From: Endomicrobiales bacterium
GTDB taxonomy: Bacteria; Elusimicrobiota; Endomicrobiia; Endomicrobiales; CAWCFT01
Direction of reading: 5' to 3'
NCBI GenBank assembly: GCA_963794945.1
Contig: CAWCFT010000006.1
Coordinates: 117,714 to 181,713, forward strand
DNA: 64,000 bases
Within the stretch, counting starts at the first letter, position 1, and the number at the start of each line of letters is the position of its first letter. Below are positions 1-8,600 of the stretch, in pieces. Made by a program: the position numbers and the translations under genes. A model generated the notes under the pieces. It did no database searches, was not told where the DNA came from, and was given only the letters and a program-made list of their open reading frames with translations.

Positions 1-114
1 GGATATTAATGCACCCCCGGGATCCGATACATGGGGTTGACCGGATGGGAGAGGGGGCGCAATGATAGCCTCTTGTTCATGCCTGTTTTCCTAATCTTTG
101 CACACGCATATAAT

Positions 115-1260
115 TCAATATCCATTAGAATAAAAAAGATGGACATGCCCACACTTTGAGCAAGCAGATACTGCAATTTTAGCAATACCTGCAGGACGTA
201 ACCCAAAATTATGTGTTGGAGCAGCATCCCCATTAGATACCATTTCATATTTCCCAAGTCCACACACATGACATATCTTTTGTGCTTTATTATCAAGCAC
301 GTCGGCATTCAAATTAACCGCTTGAATAATAGTATCTAAAAGTTTCAAAAGTTCCTCTGTACTTTCTAGACATTTGTTTTTTTCTTCTACGATACATTTT
401 TCAAATATTTTTTTTGCCCATTGAATTTCAGGTAAATTAGGAAACATCCTTTCAATATTATAGTCATCTTTATCGTAATACCATAAATTAAGATATGAAC
501 GTCCTGAAAGCATACTCCATAGGATTTTTCCTAAGCCATAAATATCTATGCTTTTATCAATGTCTTCAATTCTCTTTCCCATTGCCCATTGAGGCATCCA
601 TTGCCAAGAGCCAACGTTTTCCATAGTGTCCGTAATTCGTGTTTTTGTGTCATCCATAAAAAACACAATGCCCATATCGGCTATTATTGGTTTTTCATCA
701 TCATCTATAAAAATGTTTTCCGGTTTCAGATCCCTATGAACTATTCCCTGGTTATGGATTGCCTGAACACCTTCAACAATTTGACGAAATATATTCAATG
801 AATGACGCAGGTTGCCTTTATATGCTGCAAGATTATTGCCCAAATGTCTTTTCTTGTAATATTTACTGACCCACCATCCTTCATCCTTGTTATGGTCGAC
901 AATTTTGAAAACATTCTTATGGTCAATTAATTCGTACGATTTTATTTCTTTATCAAAGCGTTCTTTTGCCTTTTGTGATGACTTATAATTACTTTTATAA
1001 ATTTTGATTACGTATTTGTTTGTTGGGTTAATATAGCCGTTTAAACTTTTAAAATTGTCATAAAGATTATTATATTTATCTGTTAGACTAGAATGAATAT
1101 TCCCGGCAGCCATCTGAACACTATACAAGTTAAGGGCCATTTGACTAAGCAATTTCTGCACTTCTTTACTGCTATCTTCTATCGCCAAATAGACATCACC
1201 CTGTCCCCCAATTCCTAGCACATCCCCAATTTTTTGCCATTTTCCATATTTCTCATTCAT
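115..1260 (-). CDS. Hanks-type Ser/Thr protein kinase with C-terminal CxxC...CxxC zinc ribbon
   Basis: Motifs GIGGQGDV (Gly loop), VIK, HRDLKPEN and DMG (DFG variant); C-terminal CHVC...CSKC. ATG at 1260 follows a GGGAG RBS (the ORF track starts at TTG 1272). Visibly AT-rich compared with the rest of the window. Confidence 0.9.
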   Translation of the reverse strand: MNEKYGKWQKIGDVLGIGGQGDVYLAIEDSSKEVQKLLSQMALNLYSVQMAAGNIHSSLTDKYNNLYDNFKSLNGYINPTNKYVIKIYKSNYKSSQKAKERFDKEIKSYELIDHKNVFKIVDHNKDEGWWVSKYYKKRHLGNNLAAYKGNLRHSLNIFRQIVEGVQAIHNQGIVHRDLKPENIFIDDDEKPIIADMGIVFFMDDTKTRITDTMENVGSWQWMPQWAMGKRIEDIDKSIDIYGLGKILWSMLSGRSYLNLWYYDKDDYNIERMFPNLPEIQWAKKIFEKCIVEEKNKCLESTEELLKLLDTIIQAVNLNADVLDNKAQKICHVCGLGKYEMVSNGDAAPTHNFGLRPAGIAKIAVSACSKCGHVHLFYSNGY

Positions 1261-1352
1261 GGTAACTCCCAACTGAATATTTTTATCGAATAAATATATA
1301 TCTTTTGACTCAAGCCTATTTCGTCGGCAAACTAATTATCCTGCGTAAAATG

Positions 1353-1384
1353 AAAAAACCACACCAAAAAAAGGCGTGGTTTTG
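1353..1384 (-). terminator. Intrinsic terminator-like hairpin
   Basis: Minus strand reads ACCACGCC-T7-GGTGTGGT followed by a T run. Confidence 0.5.
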
Positions 1385-1497
1385 TCAATATTTGATCTAA
1401 AATTGTTTTGACCCCAAGGCTGTAAGACATTATTTCCCCTAAAATAACGATTACGCGGATCATGAAGGCAGGTATCGCAAATACACCAACAATTGCA

Positions 1498-1526
1498 ATA
1501 CTACCTCTTTAAGGCGGTGTTGTCAA
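1498..1526 (-). promoter_or_regulatory. sigma70-type promoter, copy 1 of a duplicated promoter block
   Basis: Minus strand TTGACA-17 nt-TAGTAT; near-identical copy at 4584-4612. Confidence 0.7.
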
Positions 1527-1540
1527 GAAACTGAAAACCG

Positions 1541-2983
1541 CTAGAAAAACAGAAGAAAGATCGGCAATGGGACGAACAGAAGATTGTCTTTTGTGCCAAC
1601 GTCGTTAAAAGTTTTTGTAACGACTATGCCGGTTTTTTGTTCGTACTTTTTCATAAAAGCTTTTATCAAGGCAACGTCCGACGCGTCTTCGCGGTATTTA
1701 ACTTCAACGGGTATCAGGCGGTTCCTTCCGAGGTTAACGATGAAGTCGATCTCGCCTTTTCCTTCTTTGCAATAGCTGAGCTCCAGCGCGCCCATAAAAT
1801 TGCTCAACGCGTTAAATACGAGGTTTTCGGCATAATAACCAAGCATACGGCTGTCTTCGAGTATCTTATCGCCCAGTTTCAGGATGGCATTGCGAAGAGC
1901 GAGGTCTACAAGGTAGCATTTTACGCTGCCTCTTCTAAACTTGAAAGCCCGCTTGCTGAACCGTGGGATGCTTTTAACAAGGTCCGTCATCTCCAGCAGG
2001 GGCAGGTACTTATCCAGCATAATACGGCTGACCCCTATTTTACCCGATGTGTTCTCGAGATTAATTTCCTGTCCCGGCTGCTCTATAAGCGACAGATAGA
2101 ACCTTTTGAGGTTTTCAGGTTTACGAAATTCGGTCGCGATAACAAGATCTTCAAAAATTACTTTTTGGATCTGATTGTCATATAAATACTGCTGTTTCTG
2201 AACGATATCCTTGAAGTCCCAGGTTTCAGGGAAACCGCCCTCCACGAAATATCTATTGAGCAAGTTGTTCAGGTCGGTAAATATTTGTTCAGTAAAATTC
2301 AGCGGGCTTCTGGCGGTTTCCAGCGCCTGCCAGTCTATTACCATGTCATGCTGAAGGTTTTTACCGAATTCATTGGCCCTGTTGACAAAATCCAGCAAAC
2401 TGACATTATCTTTTGAGAAAAAGTATACAAATTCCCTGAACGAGAAAGGCTTGAGATGATATTCTTTAATTCTACCCATAAGGCTTTCCCTGCTCTTTTT
2501 GAATATGGGAGATGACGCCGAACCGGAGATGACGAATTTGAAAGGGAAAGTTGAAAGGTCGTAATATTTCTTCAGGTACAATTCCCATTTTTCAAGGCGC
2601 TGGATTTCATCAAGAAAAAAATATATCGTTTTGCCGCTATGAACAGTATCAGCCCATTTCATCAGATCATCAAAAAAATGCTCGATCCCGTGCTTAGTGA
2701 AAAGAAGCGGATCATCAAAAGAGAAATATATGATTTGCCCGGCCTCTGATTGATGGTCATCGATTAGGGCTTTTATCATCTGTTTTAATATGGTCGTTTT
2801 CCCAATGCGCCGGGGGCCTGTAATTGAGATGATCTGTTTTACCTGCAGGAGATTCGAATATATATCATTATATATCGGCCTTTTAAAAGCTTGTGTTTCA
2901 AAATTAGCATTGACCCACCATGGATTATAGGGCTGTAATATGTCTTTAATATCGATTGGATATAAGCCATCCATGTTTTTCAT
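1541..2983 (-). CDS. AAA+ ATPase (AAA_14 / DUF4143 family)
   Basis: NPWW near the N-terminus, Walker A GPRRIGKT, Walker B FFLDEIQ, SGS, GGFPE and C-terminal EIDF...PVEVK; GGGAGA RBS upstream. Confidence 0.9.
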   Translation of the reverse strand: MKNMDGLYPIDIKDILQPYNPWWVNANFETQAFKRPIYNDIYSNLLQVKQIISITGPRRIGKTTILKQMIKALIDDHQSEAGQIIYFSFDDPLLFTKHGIEHFFDDLMKWADTVHSGKTIYFFLDEIQRLEKWELYLKKYYDLSTFPFKFVISGSASSPIFKKSRESLMGRIKEYHLKPFSFREFVYFFSKDNVSLLDFVNRANEFGKNLQHDMVIDWQALETARSPLNFTEQIFTDLNNLLNRYFVEGGFPETWDFKDIVQKQQYLYDNQIQKVIFEDLVIATEFRKPENLKRFYLSLIEQPGQEINLENTSGKIGVSRIMLDKYLPLLEMTDLVKSIPRFSKRAFKFRRGSVKCYLVDLALRNAILKLGDKILEDSRMLGYYAENLVFNALSNFMGALELSYCKEGKGEIDFIVNLGRNRLIPVEVKYREDASDVALIKAFMKKYEQKTGIVVTKTFNDVGTKDNLLFVPLPIFLLFF

Positions 2984-3021
2984 TAAATCTCCCTTGACAT
3001 TAATTAATTTATGTATGCTAT

Positions 3022-3049
3022 ATTATACATAATAAAATTTAAATGTCAA
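3022..3049 (-). promoter_or_regulatory. sigma70-type promoter of the ATPase gene, within a palindromic AT-rich region
   Basis: Minus strand TTGACA-16 nt-TATAAT; inverted repeat CTTGACATT/AATGTCAAG (2993-3050); direct repeat TATTATACATAAT (3021, 3066). Confidence 0.6.
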
Positions 3050-3241
3050 GACTTGTGTATATTGTATTATACATAATATATATTATTGATATAATTATTC
3101 ATAAATCAATCATTTTATAAATGATGTATTCTGGATAATTGTATTTGGTTACCATTTTTGGCCATTTAAAAAACATCAGGGTGGGAAAAACCGGCAAAGC
3201 CGGTTACTCAAGGCCTGCCCGCTTTCGCGCTATTTTTAATC

Positions 3242-3901
3242 TTACTTCATGGGATAGCCGACGGTTTGGGCGGCGATTATTTTCTGGCTGTCTTTGAGGT
3301 TCATTGCTTTGGCGAGAACTTCTTTATTGACGCTTCCCCTGACAACGGTGGCAAGGCCTTGTGAAGCGCAATAGAGGTAGATGTTCTGGCTTACATAGCC
3401 CGCGTCCATCGCGGTGTAAACGGTGCGGCCCTCATCGTTACCCTTGGCCATTTTTGACCAATCAGCAACGAGGATAAGGTTAACAGGGGCGGTTTTTACG
3501 AACGGCTGGTTTCCGGTAAGCTCTCTGATATCCTTTGGCGAGATAAGCTCCAATGAATTCTTTGGAGCGTTATAAAGATAGAGCCCGTCCGCCTTTGAAA
3601 CATACACATCTATTTCCTGGCAGTTCATCGCGGTAGGCGCGGTGCGCTTGCCGGAGCTGGGCCTGTTTACACCGTCCGCCGCCCAGAGCAGGTTTGAAAG
3701 TTCCTGCATACTCAGAGCTTTTGTTGTATCATATTCCCTTAATGTCTGCCTGAGTTTAAGCGCCTTCATTAACGGCTTGCCTATCTCCATCTGCGGCTGA
3801 GGAAGCTGTATCTGTTTTGCCGAACTATCCGCCGCCCAAACAGCAGGGTTAACACCCAACACAAACATAACCAGCACTAACAACAGATTTAATATCTTCA
3901 T
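3242..3901 (-). CDS. Nitroreductase family protein (SagB/ThcOx-like) with signal peptide
   Basis: ALKLRQTLREY, LSNLLWAADG, RTAPTAMN, DAGYVSQNIYLYC and QTVGYP motifs; ATG at 3901 follows a GGAGG RBS; hydrophobic leader ending AVWA. Confidence 0.9.
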   Translation of the reverse strand: MKILNLLLVLVMFVLGVNPAVWAADSSAKQIQLPQPQMEIGKPLMKALKLRQTLREYDTTKALSMQELSNLLWAADGVNRPSSGKRTAPTAMNCQEIDVYVSKADGLYLYNAPKNSLELISPKDIRELTGNQPFVKTAPVNLILVADWSKMAKGNDEGRTVYTAMDAGYVSQNIYLYCASQGLATVVRGSVNKEVLAKAMNLKDSQKIIAAQTVGYPMK

Positions 3902-3950
3902 AAACAGCCTCCTTGAACCTAACCTTACCGGCAACAGTTTTACGACCTTG

Positions 3951-4067
3951 TTGTCATCCCGAATTCCGTTCTTGGGTGCCTGCCCGCCTAGGTACAGTGG
4001 CGGGAGGGATCTTTTCTATAACAAGAAGCAAGATTTCTCTCCCGCCGTGGCGGGATCGAAATGACAA
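3951..4067. repeat. REP/MITE-like palindromic element (TGTCAT...ATGACA type)
   Basis: Terminal inverted repeat TTGTCAT.../...ATGACAA with internal CCCGCC/GGCGGG hairpins; intergenic. Confidence 0.65.
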
Positions 4068-4097
4068 AGATAGCAGGTTTTCAATTAACTCAAAATA

Positions 4098-4523
4098 TTA
4101 ATTTTCACTTTTTTTATTTCCGTATATTTTCATATATTCTTCATAGGGGACCAGTTGTTTTTCAGTAGAGGAATAAGACAGATGGAACGCTCCGTTCTTT
4201 ATGGGCAATATTTTCACATCGCCTTCATCGCCCGCAAATGAATACCACGCCGTGCCTATAATATCTTTTTCGGGATTTATAGACGCGCTGGACATAATAT
4301 TTGCCGCCAATACTTGTTCGGCCTTGTAAGGCGACGGTTTTATGTTGTAAAACGTTATGTCTATTGTGGCCGGGCTTTTATCATTCACCGGGTCAGTATA
4401 CGAAACTATATATCTAACTCCGCTCAATTTAATGTTAACGGAATCAGCGCCGAGAACAGCAGTTGCTACTGCCATGAGCATCGCCATAGCGAATAAAATT
4501 AATTTTTTCGTATTAACCTCCAA
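4098..4523 (-). CDS. Small hypothetical secreted protein
   Basis: 141-aa ORF with signal-peptide-like KKLILFAMAMLMAVATAVLG. A GGAGG RBS sits before an ACG at 4511, so the real start may be there. Confidence 0.6.
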   Translation of the reverse strand: MEVNTKKLILFAMAMLMAVATAVLGADSVNIKLSGVRYIVSYTDPVNDKSPATIDITFYNIKPSPYKAEQVLAANIMSSASINPEKDIIGTAWYSFAGDEGDVKILPIKNGAFHLSYSSTEKQLVPYEEYMKIYGNKKSEN

Positions 4524-4583
4524 TATTACCGGAATTATTTGCGCGGATATTAAGGCAGATCACCGATATACGGCTGTAATTTT

Positions 4584-4612
4584 ATCCTACCTCTTTAGAG
4601 CGGTGTTGTCAA
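4584..4612 (-). promoter_or_regulatory. sigma70-type promoter, copy 2 of the duplicated promoter block
   Basis: Minus strand TTGACA-17 nt-TAGGAT; spacer nearly identical to 1498-1526. Confidence 0.7.
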
Positions 4613-4641
4613 GAAACAGAGAATTCCGGTTTTGCCCTGTT

Positions 4642-4721
4642 TTGTAGCCGCGAAGCTTGCTTCGCCTGTTTGGCTTTACGGTTTTACTGTAACACCAGCA
4701 GAGCAAGCCCTGCCGCTACAA
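4642..4721. repeat. GTAG-type REP doublet
   Basis: TGTAGCCGCGAAGCTTGCTTCGC ... GCAGAGCAAGCCCTGCCGCTACA: two inverted units, each GTAG plus a short palindrome. Confidence 0.65.
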
Positions 4722-4812
4722 CAGCATTTATGCCTATTGCAAAAATTGGGCTTATGAAACTATTATTGCAATGGCTCTGTTCGTTTCAAGCTGTTGTTTT
4801 TCTGCTGCTAAT

Positions 4813-4868
4813 AAAAAAGGGTGCCCCATCCAAAGGAGTCCGGGTAGGATCATGGATGGGGCTTTTTT
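4813..4868 (-). terminator. Intrinsic terminator downstream of giant gene A
   Basis: 10-bp stem GCCCCATCCA/TGGATGGGGC flanked by A and T runs, about 40 nt after the stop at 4900. Confidence 0.7.
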
Positions 4869-4899
4869 CTTAACACAAAACTATGAACTCCGCCGGGCG

Positions 4900-5607
4900 C
4901 TACGCGGCGGTTAATATTTCATCCATTGACCTGACATTGAATATTTTTTCGTTCCTATTCATCTTATGCAGTTCTTTCGGCTCTCCCAGCCTCGGTATCA
5001 GGTCTATTATCGTGTTCACGGCCTGCGGGGCTTTTGCCGCGCACAATTCTTTGACCTTGATATTTAGCCTGCCGTAAAACACCGCCGCGTTGACATCATT
5101 TTGTTCTATGAACTGCTCCGGAGTGATGAGCGTGCCTTTGCCTTCCATGCCTTCCATCTTCTGCTGCATAAGCTTGCGGCCAAGAACAACTTCAAGCTCG
5201 CGGTCGGCAAGGCCGTTAACTTTACCTGCGGCGTTAAGTTTCGCCTTCGCAAGCATTTTGCCGGCTATGGCCGTAAGGAACGACCTTTTCAGCGCATCCA
5301 GCTTTGGCTCGTTCTCCGTGCCTTTAACTTCCGAGCTTAATTTTTCTAGATAAGTGTTAACCGGATGCGGAGCGCCCTCTATACCCATTGCCGACACTAT
5401 CTGGACAACCGTGCCGCCTTTAATCGCGCTTACCAGGGTGTCGGTATCAGCGAGAGAGTTGGGCAACTTATCCCTGTCCCACGCGTATCCCACTTCACTG
5501 ACGTACTCGTTCGAAACCGCGCCGGGGTTATAAAGGCTTAAGATAGTCGTTTTAAGTATTTCGGTGAGCGCCACCCTGTCGATTATCGACCTTTCGCCGC
5601 CTTTCAA
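4900..5607 (-). CDS. Giant A C-terminal segment, ending ...EKIFNVRSMDEILTAA
   Basis: Overlaps ORF 5552-11338 in another frame; tail resembles the reconstructed tail of giant B. Confidence 0.65.
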   Translation of the reverse strand: MKGGERSIIDRVALTEILKTTILSLYNPGAVSNEYVSEVGYAWDRDKLPNSLADTDTLVSAIKGGTVVQIVSAMGIEGAPHPVNTYLEKLSSEVKGTENEPKLDALKRSFLTAIAGKMLAKAKLNAAGKVNGLADRELEVVLGRKLMQQKMEGMEGKGTLITPEQFIEQNDVNAAVFYGRLNIKVKELCAAKAPQAVNTIIDLIPRLGEPKELHKMNRNEKIFNVRSMDEILTAA

Positions 5608-8600
5608 CAGGCCTTTGAGGTCGCTGAGGTTCAGTATCTTGCAGGCCAGCGCGGGAACCTATGAGCCTGCTCTTGAGCATCTCGGCGCTTTCGTAACCGC
5701 GGATGGTTTCGGCCCCGACACCCGCGCCGCCGGATGCGAAGTCGTACATCTTTGTTTCGCCGCCGAGAGTCTCCACATAGCCTGCGAAGCCCAGTTCTCT
5801 GTAATGATCCTTTAGCGAATCGCCGCTGCTTAAGTCTACGCAGATCCTTACCCCGCTTTTCCTTGCAAGCTCGGCGATGGAGCTTATTTTGCTGTCCTCA
5901 AGGCCAGCGAACACCGCCGGATCCACTATCATCTGGCTGTTGCCGGCTTTGTTAAAGACTTCGAGGTTGGACATGAATTCTTTGATGTTCGCGAGCCCGT
6001 CCAAGTCTATATAGATATTTTGAGGCATCGCGGCGCTTTCGGCGTTCCTGATGGTGATAAGTTCGCCTAGTTTCGCCGAAACGGCGGCTTCGTTCGTCAC
6101 CCCGCCGTCATCGGCGAAGAGGTCGGCGGTAACCACCATGCTGCCCAGCCCGTTATAAGATATTTTTCTGCCGCTCTGCGTGTGGTCAACTATTATCCCG
6201 GGCCTTAACCCGCCCGCGTCGACATCCACGTTTACCATGCGGAGGAACTCAGAGAACCTGCCGCTAAATTTTCTGGACGCGGATATTTTCCCCCTGTTCA
6301 AAAGCATCCCGGACATTGTTTCCGCCAGGTTATCGTTATCACGGCCTTCCGCGAACACTACCAGCGCCCCGGCCGCGGTGCTTGCCCAAACCTGTTTCCC
6401 GTCCACCATCATGCCTGTGCTGCGCAGGCCCCAGCTGTCGGGGTCAGCAGGCATCTGGCCCATAAGGTAGATATTAGTGTGGACCTCGCCGTTCGCGTCG
6501 GTTTTCGCGGCACCGAATTGCCTTACGGCCCGTTCAAGCCCCGAAGGACTGACATAGTGCCAGTCGACCAGCGCCCGCGCAACGGCGCTTTTGCGGGCAG
6601 GTAACGGGTTAAGCATACGCGATATAACGTTGCGGGCCCATTCAACTATATTGTTTAGCCCGTCTTTCAAACGAGCAACGGCGCCGATACCGGCATTTCT
6701 TTTATTCACATTTGGCGTTTGAACTTTTATTGCTGTGTTGTCGATAAGTTTCGGCGCGGTTTCGGGCGAGAGTTTCATGCCTGCTTTGGCATTATTAGTT
6801 TCTGCCGCCAGCGCTGCCGGCTCATTTATGCCCTGGATATAATTTAACGCTTCCTCAGGGCTACTAACTATATGCATCAGGTCAAAATCGCCGGCGGAAA
6901 CCAGCTTCGGGTCGTGCTCTCTTAACAATTGATTTTCTACAACGCTTATTATCGGCTGCCAGAAGTTTTTACCAATTAAAACAATGGGCTTTTTTGGCAT
7001 CTTGCCTGTCTGCATGCTTGTAAGCATCGCGAACAGCCTGGCGACCGCGCCGATATCACCCGGGCTCGGAAGAAATACATAGGCCTTCGCATTCGTGTGC
7101 ATGTAGAACAAATGATTAGTGATGCTTTTTGTTACGACAATATTATTATCGTAAATGACCGTGTTTTCCGCCGCACCTCTATATGAGCCTGAATACACTG
7201 CCGCAAAGAGCTGTTTACTGTACTTAGCCATAAATTCCTCATCGCCGTAAACTGTATCCAGCGCCTCGCCAGGAGAACAAATGCGTATGTTATCACCGCT
7301 GTTAGCTAAATTCGAAACCAGCTTTTTATAAAAGCCTGACTCTATGGAATTCTTTAACGGGCGCCCTGCTATAACGACAGCTTCCGGCTCGGATTTTATC
7401 TTTTTCATTACTGACACCAGTTCTTCGCTGTCCCTCCTAACGTCAGGCTCAGTGATCCTGTAATAATTATTCTTTTTGGCCCTGTCAGACAACGAAATAC
7501 GCTTAACCGCCGTTTCAGGATTGTCCGTGACCTTTCGCGACATATTTGTTCCCACTTCGGTGTCAATAACATCCAATATAGGCTTCCAGAACTCTTTGTT
7601 TACCATTATTACGGGTATACCCTGTTCTTCAGTTTCCAGAACCTCTTCCATTGTGCCGAAGCCTCCCGGAAGTGCTATGTCCCCTAAAAGGTTAGAGTAT
7701 AGGCCAAGTTTTCTCGTAGGAAAATATTTGGCGTCGTAATGCTCCTCACACTCTATCGCCGATTTCTGTTCGAACGGCAGGATAATATTTACACCCTGTG
7801 TTTTCATAGTTTTCCTGTCAGGGTTAGTGATCTTGTACTTTGCCCGCATCTGAAGGTACCCTTCCGGCGCCGAAGACATCAGCGAATTGTAGGCGGCTCC
7901 GGTCCTGACCGCGTGCCCGAATTTGCACACTATGGCGCCCACCTGTTTGCCAAGCTCATATATGTAGTGTCCTCTTCTTATCCTGGCGCTCCCGTACACA
8001 GTTATGCTGGGCTCCCATTTATAATTCTGTATCAACACCTGGTTTCTTTCCTCATTGATCTCAGCCACCTCATCGCCCGCAGCAGGAGCCAGGAATTTAT
8101 ACATCATCCAGGTCCAGATGGTATTGGCGATATAAGCACTGAAAAATATCAATACATCACCCGGTGTAAATGAAATAAAGTTCCCAAGCAGTCTCTCGAC
8201 AATCCAACCGATCCATGCCGCGGAAAACCAAAAAATCGTATATGCCCCCAGAACGCTGTAGTTATTTTTAATTATATTATGAAATTTTTCCGTAGCGCTG
8301 CTGCCGGTAAAAACTTGTTTTAAAGGCACTTTGTTCCCAAGAATTTGGTACACAGCTACTGCCACGGGTGTATTTAAGATAATACCTAAGAAACCGGTGT
8401 CAAACATGCTTTTCAGCATTAAAGCTACAGTACTATTGCCCAATACATGAGTAAGCGTTTGTGGAACAAAATACCCGTAATCCGACATATCAAAATAAAT
8501 TCCCGCCAGCATAGAGCACGCCATCCAGCGCAGCATCATTTTCTGGGTGCCCTTGTCTTTTATTGCCGCAGAGACATTTTTAATAAAAGACCGGCCTTTC

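Noticed and set aside
3011..3022. ATGTATGCTATA matches part of loxP
   Set aside because: The 13-bp loxP arms are absent; a chance match in an AT-rich promoter region.
1441..4721. Integron cassette array (attC sites)
   Set aside because: No integrase and no convincing RYYYAAC...GTTRRRY paired sites; the repeats are better explained as promoters and REPs.
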